From an uncultured delta proteobacterium (GTDB lineage: Bacteria > Desulfobacterota > Binatia > UBA9968), in contig CAWDHA010000016.1 in the NCBI GenBank assembly GCA_963801935.1, forward strand, positions 75,814 to 139,813: DNA of 64,000 nt, given 5' to 3'. This document shows positions 1 through 9,057 of this stretch, in pieces (position 1 is the stretch's first letter; each line of letters begins with the position of its first letter). The notes under the pieces were generated by a model. That model had not been told where the DNA came from, did no database searches, and was given only the letters and a program-made list of their open reading frames with translations. Position numbers and translations under genes: made by a program.

Positions 1-396
1 CAGATACGGCGTCTGTGTCTCCGTTGGTTAGGAACAAGAAAAAAACTGCCACACCCAACAAACAGAACGCCGTAGATCCTCAGTTTGAAAGAGCATGGAG
101 CCTCTACCCAAAAAGAGCCGGAGGGAACCCCAAAGAGAAAGCGGCGGCGGCATGGCGGGGGGCGGGTGGCTGAGTGGACCGACCCGGTTGTTATGATCGC
201 CGGGATCGAGCGCTACGCGAAGTATGTCCGCGCCGTGGGCAATGAGGAGACACAGTACGTACAACAGGCAGCGACCTTCCTCGGGCCCAGAAAGAGTTTC
301 ATGGAACAGGGGGATATCCCCATGAATATAGACACGGAATCTAAAAAGCCCGACCCAAGCGAATTTACCCCGATAATCAACTGGGCGATAAAATGA
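1..396 (+). pseudogene. Phage/plasmid replication-module small protein, 5'-partial and frameshifted
   Basis: An open frame enters from the window edge (..FERAWSLYPKRAGGNPKEKAAAAWRG). It continues in the 85..396 frame (RVAEWTDPVVMIAGIERYAKYVRAVGNEETQYVQQAATFL). The switch falls in the G-run at about 150-165. The family call is from recollection only. Confidence 0.4.
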
Positions 397-1531
397 AAAC
401 CTTTGCCGACTTTGGCATCCACCTTTCAGCCGGCGCTTTACCCAACGCCAAAGGAGAAATTTCAAGTACCTGCCCTCAATGCAGCAAGGACAGGAAAAAG
501 AAAAATGCGCGCTGCCTATCGATCAATGTCGATAAAGAGGCTTGGCACTGTAATCATTGCGCTTGGGTTGGTGGGCTCTCTCAAGGGGCAAAGAGGCCAG
601 GACGGCCGGAGCATTGGGCGGCGCCACAGTACCGTAAGCCGGACCCAATACCGCAAGGGAAGGTATGGCAGCAGTCATGGCTCAGTTCCCGCGGTATTCC
701 GGACAACGTGATTTTAAAAAATCGAATCGAGTATGGGTTGGCGTACATGCCGCAACTCGAAGAGGAGGTTGAGACGGTCAGCTTCCCATATTTTCGTAAC
801 GGAGAACTGATCAACAGAAAATATCGGACGATCAAAGACAAGCATTTCCGGTTGGAGGCGGGCTGCGAGCTTGTACTCTACGGTCTGGACGATATCAAAG
901 CTGGAGAGCCGCTCGTATGGGTTGAGGGAGAAGTGGACAAGCTCTCCGTAGAAGCGGTTGGATTTTTCAATGTCGTATCGGTCCCAAACGGCGCGCCGTC
1001 TCCCGAGTCACGCGATTATTCCTCACTCTTTAATTTTCTTGATGCCGATCGGGAGAAGATAGAATCGGCGAGCCGGCACATTATTGCCGTAGATAACGAC
1101 ATCCCGGGAACTCGCCTGGCAAACGAGTTGTCCCGCAGGCTGGGCATCGAGAAGTGCGCCAAGGTGAATTGGCCGGAGGGGCACAAGGACGCCAACGAGG
1201 TATTTCTTAAGCACGGAGCGGAGGAGCTTGGTTGGTATATCGATAACGCAGAACCTATCCGGTGGAGGGAGCGTTCGAACTCTCTGACAGGGACACTGAG
1301 ATTTCCCACCTGTACGAACACGGATTTGAAACAGGGCATCGCACCGGCTGGGATACCCTCAACGGTTACCACACGGTACGCCCCGGGGAATTAACGGTGG
1401 TCACAGGGATACCGTCCAGCGGTAAAAGTAATTGGCTTGATTGCCTGCTTATAAACTTAGCCAAGCTACACGGCTGGAACTTCGCTATCTTCTCCCCCGA
1501 GAATCTCCCGCTCGAGGAACACATGCCTTAG
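393..1531 (+). pseudogene. Primase-helicase (zinc-ribbon + Toprim + DnaB-like P-loop), frameshifted and truncated
   Basis: Zinc-binding CPQCSK..x..HCNHCAW and Toprim VWVEGEVDKLS / AVDNDIPGTRLANEL lie in 393..1394. The frame switches near 1262 into 1262..1531, which carries Walker A (VVTGIPSSGKSNWL). The ORF stops about 45 aa later, so most of the helicase domain is missing. Confidence 0.7.
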
Positions 1532-1571
1532 AGGAGAAGCCTGATTACTCGAGCAGGTCACGAGGTAGCGA

Positions 1572-1985
1572 ATGGAAGAAATGACGTTTGGTGATTTCTC
1601 AAAGTTGGCAGCGAGACGCGGGCACAGGGCGGAGTCTTTAGCGGAAAGGTTTAAGGGGAAGATAGAGAACCCCAGCGGGTTTTTTAATCGCGTCATGCAA
1701 GCGCGCTATGCCGAGGTTGTTATTCCGTACCGCTCGGTTCTCGCGTTCCACGTCGAAGAGATGCACTACTTCACGGACTCTAACCCGAAACAGAGGCGTT
1801 GCGCTTGCGGGTGCGATCAGCCGGTATTCGATCGGCAGAAGTGGGCCTTGCCGGGATGCAAGAAAAAGACGGCGCGCAGAACTGTCACTGACCGGCAAAA
1901 CGGGGTCTTGCAAGTGCCTGATTTTGTTGAGGCCAAACCGGGACAAAAAGAGCCTATGGCTACCTTACCCTTAACGGCGATTTGA
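1572..1985 (+). CDS. Hypothetical protein (element-borne, Cys-containing)
   Basis: Intact 137-aa ORF co-oriented within the element module. It contains CACGCDQP..x..PGCKKK. No family was recognised. Confidence 0.35.
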   Translation: MEEMTFGDFSKLAARRGHRAESLAERFKGKIENPSGFFNRVMQARYAEVVIPYRSVLAFHVEEMHYFTDSNPKQRRCACGCDQPVFDRQKWALPGCKKKTARRTVTDRQNGVLQVPDFVEAKPGQKEPMATLPLTAI

Positions 1986-2174
1986 CCCGGGACAAACGGC
2001 TAACGTGCAGGCGAAACCAATGACAAACCAATGGCGCCCCACGCGTCAACAGCAAGCTTTCAAGCGCGCGGTGAAGAAGCTCATCGATGCCTACATGGAA
2101 AAGGACGTTCACAAGGTTCTCGCCACGGCGCTGAAGACTGCCACCGGTATCAAGCGGCGAGCCGCAGCGAAGCT

Positions 2175-2480
2175 ATGAGTGACTCGTCGAAAAATCCCTT
2201 TCACCTTCTGCTTGATGAAATTCGCGTGATCGTGCGGCAAGAGATTACAGCAGCGTTAACATATGGTATCGCGCAGTCGACTGAAAAGGATAACCTACTT
2301 ACGGTTGAACAAGCCGCGCAGATCATCGGTGGCGCTAACACACCAGGTGACTTAAAAAAACGAGTCTGCTGGCTCTACCGGCATGCCAAGCAGCTCCCAT
2401 TTACGCGAAGGCTGTCACGAAAATGCACCCGATTTAGCGAGGTGGGGCTGCGTCGCTGGGTGGCGACAAAGAAGCCATAA
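2175..2480 (+). CDS. Excisionase/AlpA-like helix-turn-helix DNA-binding protein
   Basis: Internal ATG at 2175 (MSDSSKNPF..). The C-terminal half (LLTVEQAAQIIG..LPFTRRLSRKCTRFSEVGLRRWV) resembles the MerR/excisionase-type HTH found next to integrases. Confidence 0.5.
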   Translation: MSDSSKNPFHLLLDEIRVIVRQEITAALTYGIAQSTEKDNLLTVEQAAQIIGGANTPGDLKKRVCWLYRHAKQLPFTRRLSRKCTRFSEVGLRRWVATKKP

Positions 2481-2524
2481 ATGCCGTTGATCAGCGCTGG
2501 GATCGGGTATATCTTTTGTATACC

Positions 2525-2722
2525 ATGACGGGGCAAGAAATGAGATTGGCAAGGAAGACTCTGGCAATGACGCAGAAAGAGCTCGGGGAGGCGCTCGATC
2601 TGGCTAAAAACACCGTCGCGAGAGCGGAGCGAGAAGAGATACCAATCCAGAGAACGACCGAGCTAGCTATTAGATTTTTGCTTCTCGTGAGAAAACGCAA
2701 AGGGAGAAAATCAGAGCTATGA
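2525..2722 (+). CDS. XRE-family HTH transcriptional regulator
   Basis: MTGQEMRLARKTLAMTQKELGEALDLAKNTVARAEREE is a canonical Cro/C1-type HTH. The ATG at 2525 is preferred over the TTG at 2516. Its stop overlaps the integrase start. Confidence 0.7.
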   Translation: MTGQEMRLARKTLAMTQKELGEALDLAKNTVARAEREEIPIQRTTELAIRFLLLVRKRKGRKSEL

Positions 2723-3900
2723 AAATGAGAGGCATGGGCGGCATGTATCAGCCGACCTACAGCGAAAAGAAGACCGGCGAAAGGGTCACGATCCCAACCT
2801 GGTGGATTTACTATAACCACCGCGGGAAGCAAATTAAAGAATCAACGGGCAGCACGAGAGAGGGCGTTGCCTGGAAGCTCTTAAAGAAACGCCACGGAGA
2901 GATCGCATCTGGAAAGCCCGTTGGACCTGACATTGAGAAGACGACATTCGAGGACATGCAAGCGATGCTAGTTAACGACTATAGGGCAAAGCAAACGGGC
3001 GAAGTTCGGTCAACAGAGCGGAAGATGCTATAAACCATCTTCGGGGTTTTTTCGGTGATTCGAGGACCGTTGAGATCAGTAGTGATCGGATAACTTCTTA
3101 CATTGCAGCAAGGCAAAAAGAGAACGCCGCGAACAGCACAATCAACGGGGAGCTTGCGGCGCTCAGCCGAATGTTCGTCCTATCAATAAGAGCCGGCAAG
3201 GCAACTAATAAGCCGCATATCGCCAACTTGGCGCTAAACAACCCGAAAAGGTTTTTTCGAGTTCGAGCAGTTCAGGGCGGTTCTGTTGCACTTACCGGAA
3301 GATCTAAAACCGGTCGTGATCACTGCCTATGTTACCGGGTGGAGAGTTCACGATGAAATCCTGACCCGGCAAAAGCACCACCTAGACCTAAACGCTGGCT
3401 GGCTGCGCTTGGATCCCGGGGAAACAAAGAACGGCGAGGGCCGCATGTTTCCGATGAACGTTCCGATGTTGCGCGAAGCTCTAGAGCAACAGGTTCAAAA
3501 GACCGAAGCTTTGCAGTTAGCGAAGGGACAAATAATCCCCTGGCTATTCCATCGTGAAGGAAGGCAGATTAAAATGTTTAGGCGCTCATCGCTGACAGCG
3601 TGCGTCGAAGCTGGTCTGGGAAAGCGTATCAAAGACGTTAACGGTAAAGTGATCAAGACTGTCGCTAACCGTATTCCGCACGATTTCAGACGAACGGCAG
3701 TCAGAAATTTAGAACGCGCTGGAACGCCAAGATCGGCAGCGATGAAAATGGTCGGTCATAAGACCGAAGCGATTTATCGGCGCTACGCCATTGCCGATGA
3801 GAGAATGCTACTCGATGCGGGTGCCGGCTTGAGCAAACTGCACGAAACGGATTTTGTGCAGAACGTCGTTCCGCTCAAGAAAAAAGCCGCTGCCAACTGA
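2719..3900 (+). pseudogene. Tyrosine recombinase/phage integrase, at least 2 frameshifts
   Basis: N-terminus in 2719..3033. Core-binding part (..HLRGFFGDSRTVEISSDRITSYIAARQKENAANSTINGELAALSRMF) in a second frame. Catalytic domain in 3286..3900 (ITAYVTGWRV.., RIPHDFRRTAVRNLERAG, MVGHKTEAIYRRYAI = R..HxxR..Y). The shifts are near 3000 and near the A4/T6 run at about 3250. Confidence 0.8.
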
Positions 3901-3994
3901 AAAGTAGAAAAGTAGTAGAAAAGCAGGCGAGAGTAATGGAGTTGAGTCGAAAGCGCAGAGAGCGAAAACTGTTTGATTCCACTGGTTTAAAAGA

Positions 3995-4067
<73 letters not shown>

Positions 4068-4210
4068 AAAAGTTTGAAGTGTGAAATATTGCCTAAAAGC
4101 ACAGGGGAGTCAAGATTGCGCGTTAACCGGTTCATGTCTCTGGTAGCGGATTTAGATCGAAAGCATCCGGACGATCACCGGGAACGAGGGCTACCTCCAA
4201 ATCAGAGCGG

Positions 4211-4231
4211 GGGCGGGTTTAAAACCCGCCC
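4211..4231 (-). terminator. GC-rich palindromic hairpin downstream of gshB
   Basis: GGGCGGG-TTTAAAA-CCCGCCC is a perfect 7-bp stem, 14 nt past the gshB stop. There is no clear U-tract, so terminator function is only inferred. Confidence 0.35.
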
Positions 4232-4244
4232 ACAAAATTCCGCT

Positions 4245-5199
4245 TTAAGAAAATTCTGTTCCGCGGAGTTGTTTCACCCGCTCCTCGACAAAATCGACGA
4301 CCTGGCTTTCGAGGCGCACGCCGTTGAGCGCGTTGATCTCCTGGATACCGGTGGGACTGGTCACGTTGACTTCGGTCAGATAGTTGCCGATGACGTCGAG
4401 GCCGACAAAGTATAAACCATCCGGCTCGCAGCAGCGGCGCCAGCGCGGCGCATATTTCCCGGTCGCGCTCGCGTCACTTCGGTCTTGACGCACTGCCCGC
4501 CGACGTGAATGTTGCCGCGCGTTTCGGTTTCCAGCGGCACTCGCAGCACCGCGCCCAAGCGGCTCGCCGTTGAGAACGATGATGCGTTTGTCGCCCTGGC
4601 GAATCTCCGGCAAATAGCGTTGCCCCATGACCAGTCGACGGCCATTGTCGGTGGCGGCTTCTAGAATCGCGTTGGTGTTGCGATCTTGCTTGTTCAAGAT
4701 AAAACACGCCGCTGCCGCCGCAGCCATCGAGCGGCTTGACGATCATCTCACCGCCCAGCTCGTCCATGAAATCCTTTAGACGCTGCATGTCGCCGCTCAC
4801 CAGCGTCTGCGGGATCTGCTCCGGAAAACGCAACGCATAGAGTTTTTCGTTGGCTTCGCGCAGTCCCTTGGGGTTGTTCATCACAAAACATTTGCTCGGG
4901 TCGATCAGGCTCAACAAGATGCGTCGCAAAGAAAAAATTCATATCGAAGGGCGGATCTTTGCGCATCCACACGGTATCGAAGTCCTCAGCGTGCTCAACA
5001 TCGGCTTCCCCGAGTCTGATAGTGCGGCGTCGCGCGCGCCAGCTCCAGGCGTCGATAGCGGGCGTACGGGAGTGCCGCCGCGAATGAACAGGTCGTCGAG
5101 TTCCATGAAATAAACTTCATGGCCGCGCCGCTGCGCTTCGAGCATCAGAACGAAGGTCGTGTCCTTGTCGATATTGATTTTATCGACGGGATCCATCAC
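4245..5199 (-). pseudogene. gshB: Glutathione synthetase (ATP-grasp), at least 4 frame disruptions
   Basis: Collinear GshB segments are spread over four minus-strand frames. They are DPVDKINIDKDTTFVLMLEAQRRGHEVY (4939..5199), MRKDPPFDMNFFFAT (4748..4972), NNPKGLREANEKL..IVKPLDGCGGSGVF (4474..4929), YLPEIRQGDKRIIVLNGEPLG, ETRGNIHVGG (4376..4645) and FVGLDVIGNYLTEVNVTSPTGIQEI (4245..4727). Confidence 0.8.
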
Positions 5200-5248
5200 G
5201 ACGCCGATTTTTAGCGAATTTCATAACGTCGCTCGCAGATAACGCCAG

Positions 5249-5929
5249 TCAGTCCACGATCACCCAGGTGCGCGCGAGATAGTCGTGCCAGCCCTTTTCT
5301 CCCGGCTCCAGAGCATCCAGAGAAAGCCCAACAGCAAGGGCGCAAGGAGAACGCCGGCGATCCAGCGCAGGCAAGCCCGGCGGTAGCCGATCCGTTCATC
5401 CTCGATGCCAACAACGCGCAAGCGCAAGAAGCCATTTGCCGATGGTTTTTCCGTCCATGCCATGAAACACGACAAAATAACTCATTGCCAAAAAAGTGCT
5501 CGCCGCCGTAAGCAACAAGATAAGCGGCATCATTATCCGGCGCCACGGTCGTACGCTGGTGCGCCGCAAGTCCCACTTTGTAGCCGATGTAAGCCATCAG
5601 TCCCATCGCGGCCGCACAACAAAGCGATGACGAGAAATCGATCAACAACGCAGTCGGCGCGGCGGAAGAAACCACCGTAGCGGCGGTCGCGCGCCGCTTG
5701 AACCGGCGTCCTGTAACTAGTGAAATCTCGGGAGGCGTTGAAAGTGCCAGATCCTCAGTCATCCGCAGATCGATCGAGTATTCGAACGGTGTCATCCGGA
5801 GTCAGAGTAAAATCCTCCCGCCGCGGCGCGCCAAAAACCACGCGCCGATTCAACAACTTGGCGCCGCATTTTTCGCAGCGCTCAGCCGAGGGCAGTACCG
5901 GCGCGTCGCAGTTTTGACAGTTGATCATT
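5249..5929 (-). pseudogene. Zinc-ribbon + RDD-family membrane protein, about 3 frame disruptions
   Basis: ATG at 5929 gives MINCQNCDAPVLPSAERCEKCGAKL (zinc ribbon). The TM region lies in the 5211..5795 frame. The RDD-like part is GFLRLRVVGIEDERIGYRRACLRW..LLGFLWMLWSREKRA (5260..5475). The expected tail WHDYLARTWVIVD* is in yet another frame, with its stop at 5249. Confidence 0.5.
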
Positions 5930-5940
5930 TGATTTTGCCT

Positions 5941-6720
5941 TTAAGAGATTAGCCAGAGACTCGTTCTACGGAGGCAAGTCGCTGCCAAATCGCCCCAGAG
6001 AAACTGCACCAGCGAGATCGCTGTGACGGCGGCGGTTTCGGCGCGCAGGATACGCCGGCCCAGCCGCACGAAGTGAAATCCATGCGCGCTTGCCAGCGCG
6101 GTTTCTTCAGCGCTGAATCCGCCTTCGGGACCGATAGCGATCAGCAACGACTTGGCAGCACCGCGGTCATCGCGCAAATGCCGCAGCGATTGTCCAGCTT
6201 CTTTCTCCCAGAAACAAAGCTTGAGCGTAGCGGAAAAGGGTTGGGCCACCAACTCGCGCAACCGACAAAGCGCCAACATCTTCGGTATTTGTGTTCGACC
6301 GGATTGTTTTGCCGCGCTCAGGGCGATTTTTTGCCAGCGCTCGGCGCGAGCGGCGATCTTGCGCTCGTCCAATTTGGTCACCGTATAGTTAGACACAAAC
6401 GGGACTATGGCTTGCACTCCCAGTTCCGTAGCCTTCTCGACGACGAAATCCATCTTTTCCCCTTTGGTCACGCCCAGTGCCAATGTTAAGTCAAGCGAGG
6501 ATTCCCGGCGCGCTTTATACGACCGAACAATTTCGATTGCCGCGCTGCTGGAGTTAAACGAATCAATAACCGCGTCATACTCACTCCCGGCATCGTCAAA
6601 GAACGTGATCGGATCGCCCGGCGCCAAGCGCAGCACGCGGCGCAGATGCTGCAATTCCGCCCCGGTGATAACCCCTCGGTTGCCTCGAATATCTGCCTTA
6701 GGCACGAAGAAGCGAGCCAT
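5941..6720 (-). CDS. rsmE: 16S rRNA (uracil1498-N3)-methyltransferase
   Basis: Intact 259 aa. It reads MARFFVP..ITGAELQHLRRVLRL (PUA-like N-terminus) and LLIAIGPEGGFSAEE..RLGRRILRAETAA (SPOUT knot motif). It lies directly downstream of prmA, as in many bacteria. Confidence 0.85.
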   Translation of the reverse strand: MARFFVPKADIRGNRGVITGAELQHLRRVLRLAPGDPITFFDDAGSEYDAVIDSFNSSSAAIEIVRSYKARRESSLDLTLALGVTKGEKMDFVVEKATELGVQAIVPFVSNYTVTKLDERKIAARAERWQKIALSAAKQSGRTQIPKMLALCRLRELVAQPFSATLKLCFWEKEAGQSLRHLRDDRGAAKSLLIAIGPEGGFSAEETALASAHGFHFVRLGRRILRAETAAVTAISLVQFLWGDLAATCLRRTSLWLIS

Positions 6721-6723
6721 CGG

Positions 6724-7590
6724 TTACCTGCGCCGTAGAAGCAGCGCGACCCACTCTTTATCGCGCTTGCGCCGGAGCAGCTTGAATCGACCTTCAGTGA
6801 AGCGCCGCACGACTTGACGACTCATGCGCTCGACAATCCCTGCTAGAACGAGAAACCCTCCGGGCGCAACTTTCCCGGCCATTGCATCGGTGAGTTCAAG
6901 GATCGTCTCCGCCGTGAGGTTTGCCACTACTACTGCGAACGCCCGGCGGATCTCACCCAAGCGGGCGCTCGAGAGACGGACATTTCGCAGCGCGCCATTA
7001 GCGCGTAAATTTACTTGCGCGACTGCGAGCGCGACCGGGTCGTTATCGATGGCCCATACTTTGTTCGCGCCTGATTTTTTGAGCGCGATGGAAAGTATAC
7101 CGGACCCTGTGCCGACATCCAGGGCGTCGAATTTTCCGCCGCCCAGTAAGCGCACGGCTGTCTCTAAAAATTCCATGGAACGGCGCGTGCTCGCGTGGGT
7201 GCCGGTGCCAAATGCCAGGCCCGGCTCGATGGTGATCAAGTGGCGCCCGTGCAACGGCGGCGGCGCCAGCCAGGGCGGGCAGACCAGGAAACTCCGGCCG
7301 ACCCGCTGCGGCGTGAAATATTTCTGCCATGCGCTGTTCCAGTTACGCTCCTTGATGAGGCGCCAGCGCACCTCGGTTTCCTTGAACTCCGGATAGATCG
7401 CCTTGATGCTGCGGAGGAAACGTTGCAGATCGGGGCGCAGCCGGAGCGTGCTTTCAGCGGGAAAATAACCCTGAACTTCGCGCTTCTTTAGAACTGCACC
7501 AGGCGAGCCGCGCTCTATCAGGAAATTTGCGATGACATCGAGCGCTGATGGATCGGCGCGGACGGAAACATGGAGCCAGGCGGAAGGCAC
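6724..7590 (-). CDS. prmA: Ribosomal protein L11 methyltransferase
   Basis: Intact 288 aa with IEPGLAFGTGTHASTR and DALDVGTGSGILSIA..AIDNDPVA, which are the PrmA and class I SAM motifs. Confidence 0.85.
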   Translation of the reverse strand: MPSAWLHVSVRADPSALDVIANFLIERGSPGAVLKKREVQGYFPAESTLRLRPDLQRFLRSIKAIYPEFKETEVRWRLIKERNWNSAWQKYFTPQRVGRSFLVCPPWLAPPPLHGRHLITIEPGLAFGTGTHASTRRSMEFLETAVRLLGGGKFDALDVGTGSGILSIALKKSGANKVWAIDNDPVALAVAQVNLRANGALRNVRLSSARLGEIRRAFAVVVANLTAETILELTDAMAGKVAPGGFLVLAGIVERMSRQVVRRFTEGRFKLLRRKRDKEWVALLLRRR

Positions 7591-7728
7591 AACTTTCTAT
7601 GCCACAAGGAGCTCCGCGCTTCAAATCAACCATCAGCCGCCAGCCGTCTTGTCAAACTGGCTGCTTCCATATAAGGAAAATGCATCACGAATGCATCACC
7701 GCGTTAACTGTTGTGAAGAATCTTTTGG

Positions 7729-7857
7729 GCAGGCTGCTCAAAAAGATCTCAGAGGCGAGGCGCGCGATAAATCGGCGAGCGCAGGCGTACAGAACGAGTA
7801 CGTTGGAGCGAGCCGATTGAGCGCAACGAAGCATTTAAGTCTTTTTCAGCAGTCTGC
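7729..7857. repeat. MITE/REP-like element copy A (about 129 bp, terminal inverted repeats)
   Basis: The ends GCAGGCTGCTCAAAAAG ... CTTTTTCAGCAGTCTGC are inverted repeats (about 14/17). The interior contains GATTGAGCGCAACGAAGCAT, whose reverse complement encodes MLRCAQ. It is roughly 85% identical by eye to the reverse complement of copy B. Confidence 0.75.
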
Positions 7858-7869
7858 AAAGGAGCTACC

Positions 7870-8760
7870 GTGAAGTTGGCATCCCTAAAACCAAATGACA
7901 TCGCCGTCATCAGAGACAATACCGCAATCCTCGTGGGCAATGTGCTCGTCCAGCACGGCGCGCTGCCGGACAATTTCTCGATGCTCGATCTAATCGCCGA
8001 TTACGACCGGCTGAGCGCGCAATTGAATAGCGTCGCCGGCAGCGCCAAGGCCGCGCCGGTCGATTCGAAACTGCTCAAACCGCCGGTAGAAAATCCGTCA
8101 AAGATCTGGGCAGCGGCCGGCAACTACAAGCGCGGCACTGAAGGCCTGGGCGAGGCGCGCGGGCGCGGCAGTGCTGGAAAAATTTCGCCCCAAGAGCTGC
8201 TCGAGAACATTTTTCTCAAACCACCGTCGTCGATTGCCGGTCCTGAAGACAACATTCTGATACCTAAAAACGCCGATTCGATTTTTCCCGAGCTTGAGCT
8301 CTGCGTCGTCATCGGCCGAAAAGCCCGCAATCTGAGCAAAGCCAAAGTTTTTGATGCGATCTTCGGTTACACGATTATGCTTGATGTTACGGCGCGCGGA
8401 TACGGGCTCAGCAAAAATCTGTCCGGCACCCGCAACGTGCGCAAAGGCTTCGAGACCTTCGCCCCCATCGGACCGTGGATCACGACAAAGGATGAAATAC
8501 CCAATCCCGACAAGCTCTCGATGAAACTCTGGATCAACGGCGAACTCAAACAATCAGCAAAGACCGACGCAATGATCAACGATATTGCAACTCTTGTGAG
8601 TTTCCTTTCAGAAGTGACGACGCTTTATCCCGGCGACCTGATCACCACCGGCAACCCCGACTCGCCTGAATTTCAAGAAAAACTTAAACCGGGTGATGTG
8701 TTGAAGGCCGAGATCGAAGGTATCGGCGCCATGTCCCTTGGCGTTGCCAAAGAACCCTAG
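7870..8760 (+). CDS. Fumarylacetoacetate hydrolase (FAH) family protein
   Basis: Intact 296 aa with a GTG start 6 nt after AAGGAG. It carries ELELCVVIGRKA, GYTIMLDVTARG, FAPIGPWITTKDEI and LYPGDLITTGNP, which are typical FAH-fold motifs. Confidence 0.85.
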   Translation: MKLASLKPNDIAVIRDNTAILVGNVLVQHGALPDNFSMLDLIADYDRLSAQLNSVAGSAKAAPVDSKLLKPPVENPSKIWAAAGNYKRGTEGLGEARGRGSAGKISPQELLENIFLKPPSSIAGPEDNILIPKNADSIFPELELCVVIGRKARNLSKAKVFDAIFGYTIMLDVTARGYGLSKNLSGTRNVRKGFETFAPIGPWITTKDEIPNPDKLSMKLWINGELKQSAKTDAMINDIATLVSFLSEVTTLYPGDLITTGNPDSPEFQEKLKPGDVLKAEIEGIGAMSLGVAKEP

Positions 8761-8761
8761 C

Positions 8762-8886
8762 GCAGGCTGCTGAAAAAGTCCCATATGCTTCGTTGCGCTC
8801 AATCGCCTCACTGCAACGTACCATAAGTACGCCTCCGCTCGTCGATTTTTCGCGCGCCTCGCCTCTGGGCCTTTTTGAGCAGCCTG
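8762..8886. repeat. MITE/REP-like element copy B, inverted relative to copy A
   Basis: GCAGGCTGCTGAAAAAG ... CTTTTTGAGCAGCCTG, with interior ATGCTTCGTTGCGCTCAATCG. It starts 2 nt after the FAH stop codon. Confidence 0.75.
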
Positions 8887-9057
8887 TAGGAGAGTTTTTT
8901 GGCAGCGTGCTACACTAAAAAAGGATTTTTGGAGAGTATGATGGTATTGGAATATCGGTTTTAATGCATTACTCCAGTACTCCATCACCCCAATACTTCA
9001 GTCTGAGATGGCCCTTTTCCAACACAAATCGAAAACTTGAGAAGGTAAACGAGCATT

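Larger units (their letters stand above)
1..3994. mobile_element. Degraded integrative element (prophage/ICE remnant) abutting the 3' end of tRNA-Phe
   Basis: Replication module, excisionase-like HTH, XRE HTH and tyrosine integrase all lie on the + strand. The integrase ends about 95 nt from the 3' end of a minus-strand tRNA. Integrase, primase-helicase and the first ORF are frame-disrupted, and the helicase is truncated. The far boundary lies outside the window. Confidence 0.6.

Noticed and set aside
28-465. Minus-strand 145-aa ORF, and the 213..422 ORF, at the window start.
   Set aside because: They are antisense to the phage replication-module protein and primase start, and they have no recognisable motif.
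393-1531. Possible programmed frameshift joining primase and helicase.
   Set aside because: No slippery heptamer or downstream structure is seen at about 1262. The helicase is truncated regardless, and neighbouring element genes are also broken. Decay or error is more parsimonious.
4074-4415. Plus-strand 113-aa ORF next to the tRNA.
   Set aside because: Its 3' half is antisense to the conserved C-terminus of gshB and its 5' half spans the terminator-like palindrome. It has no motif.
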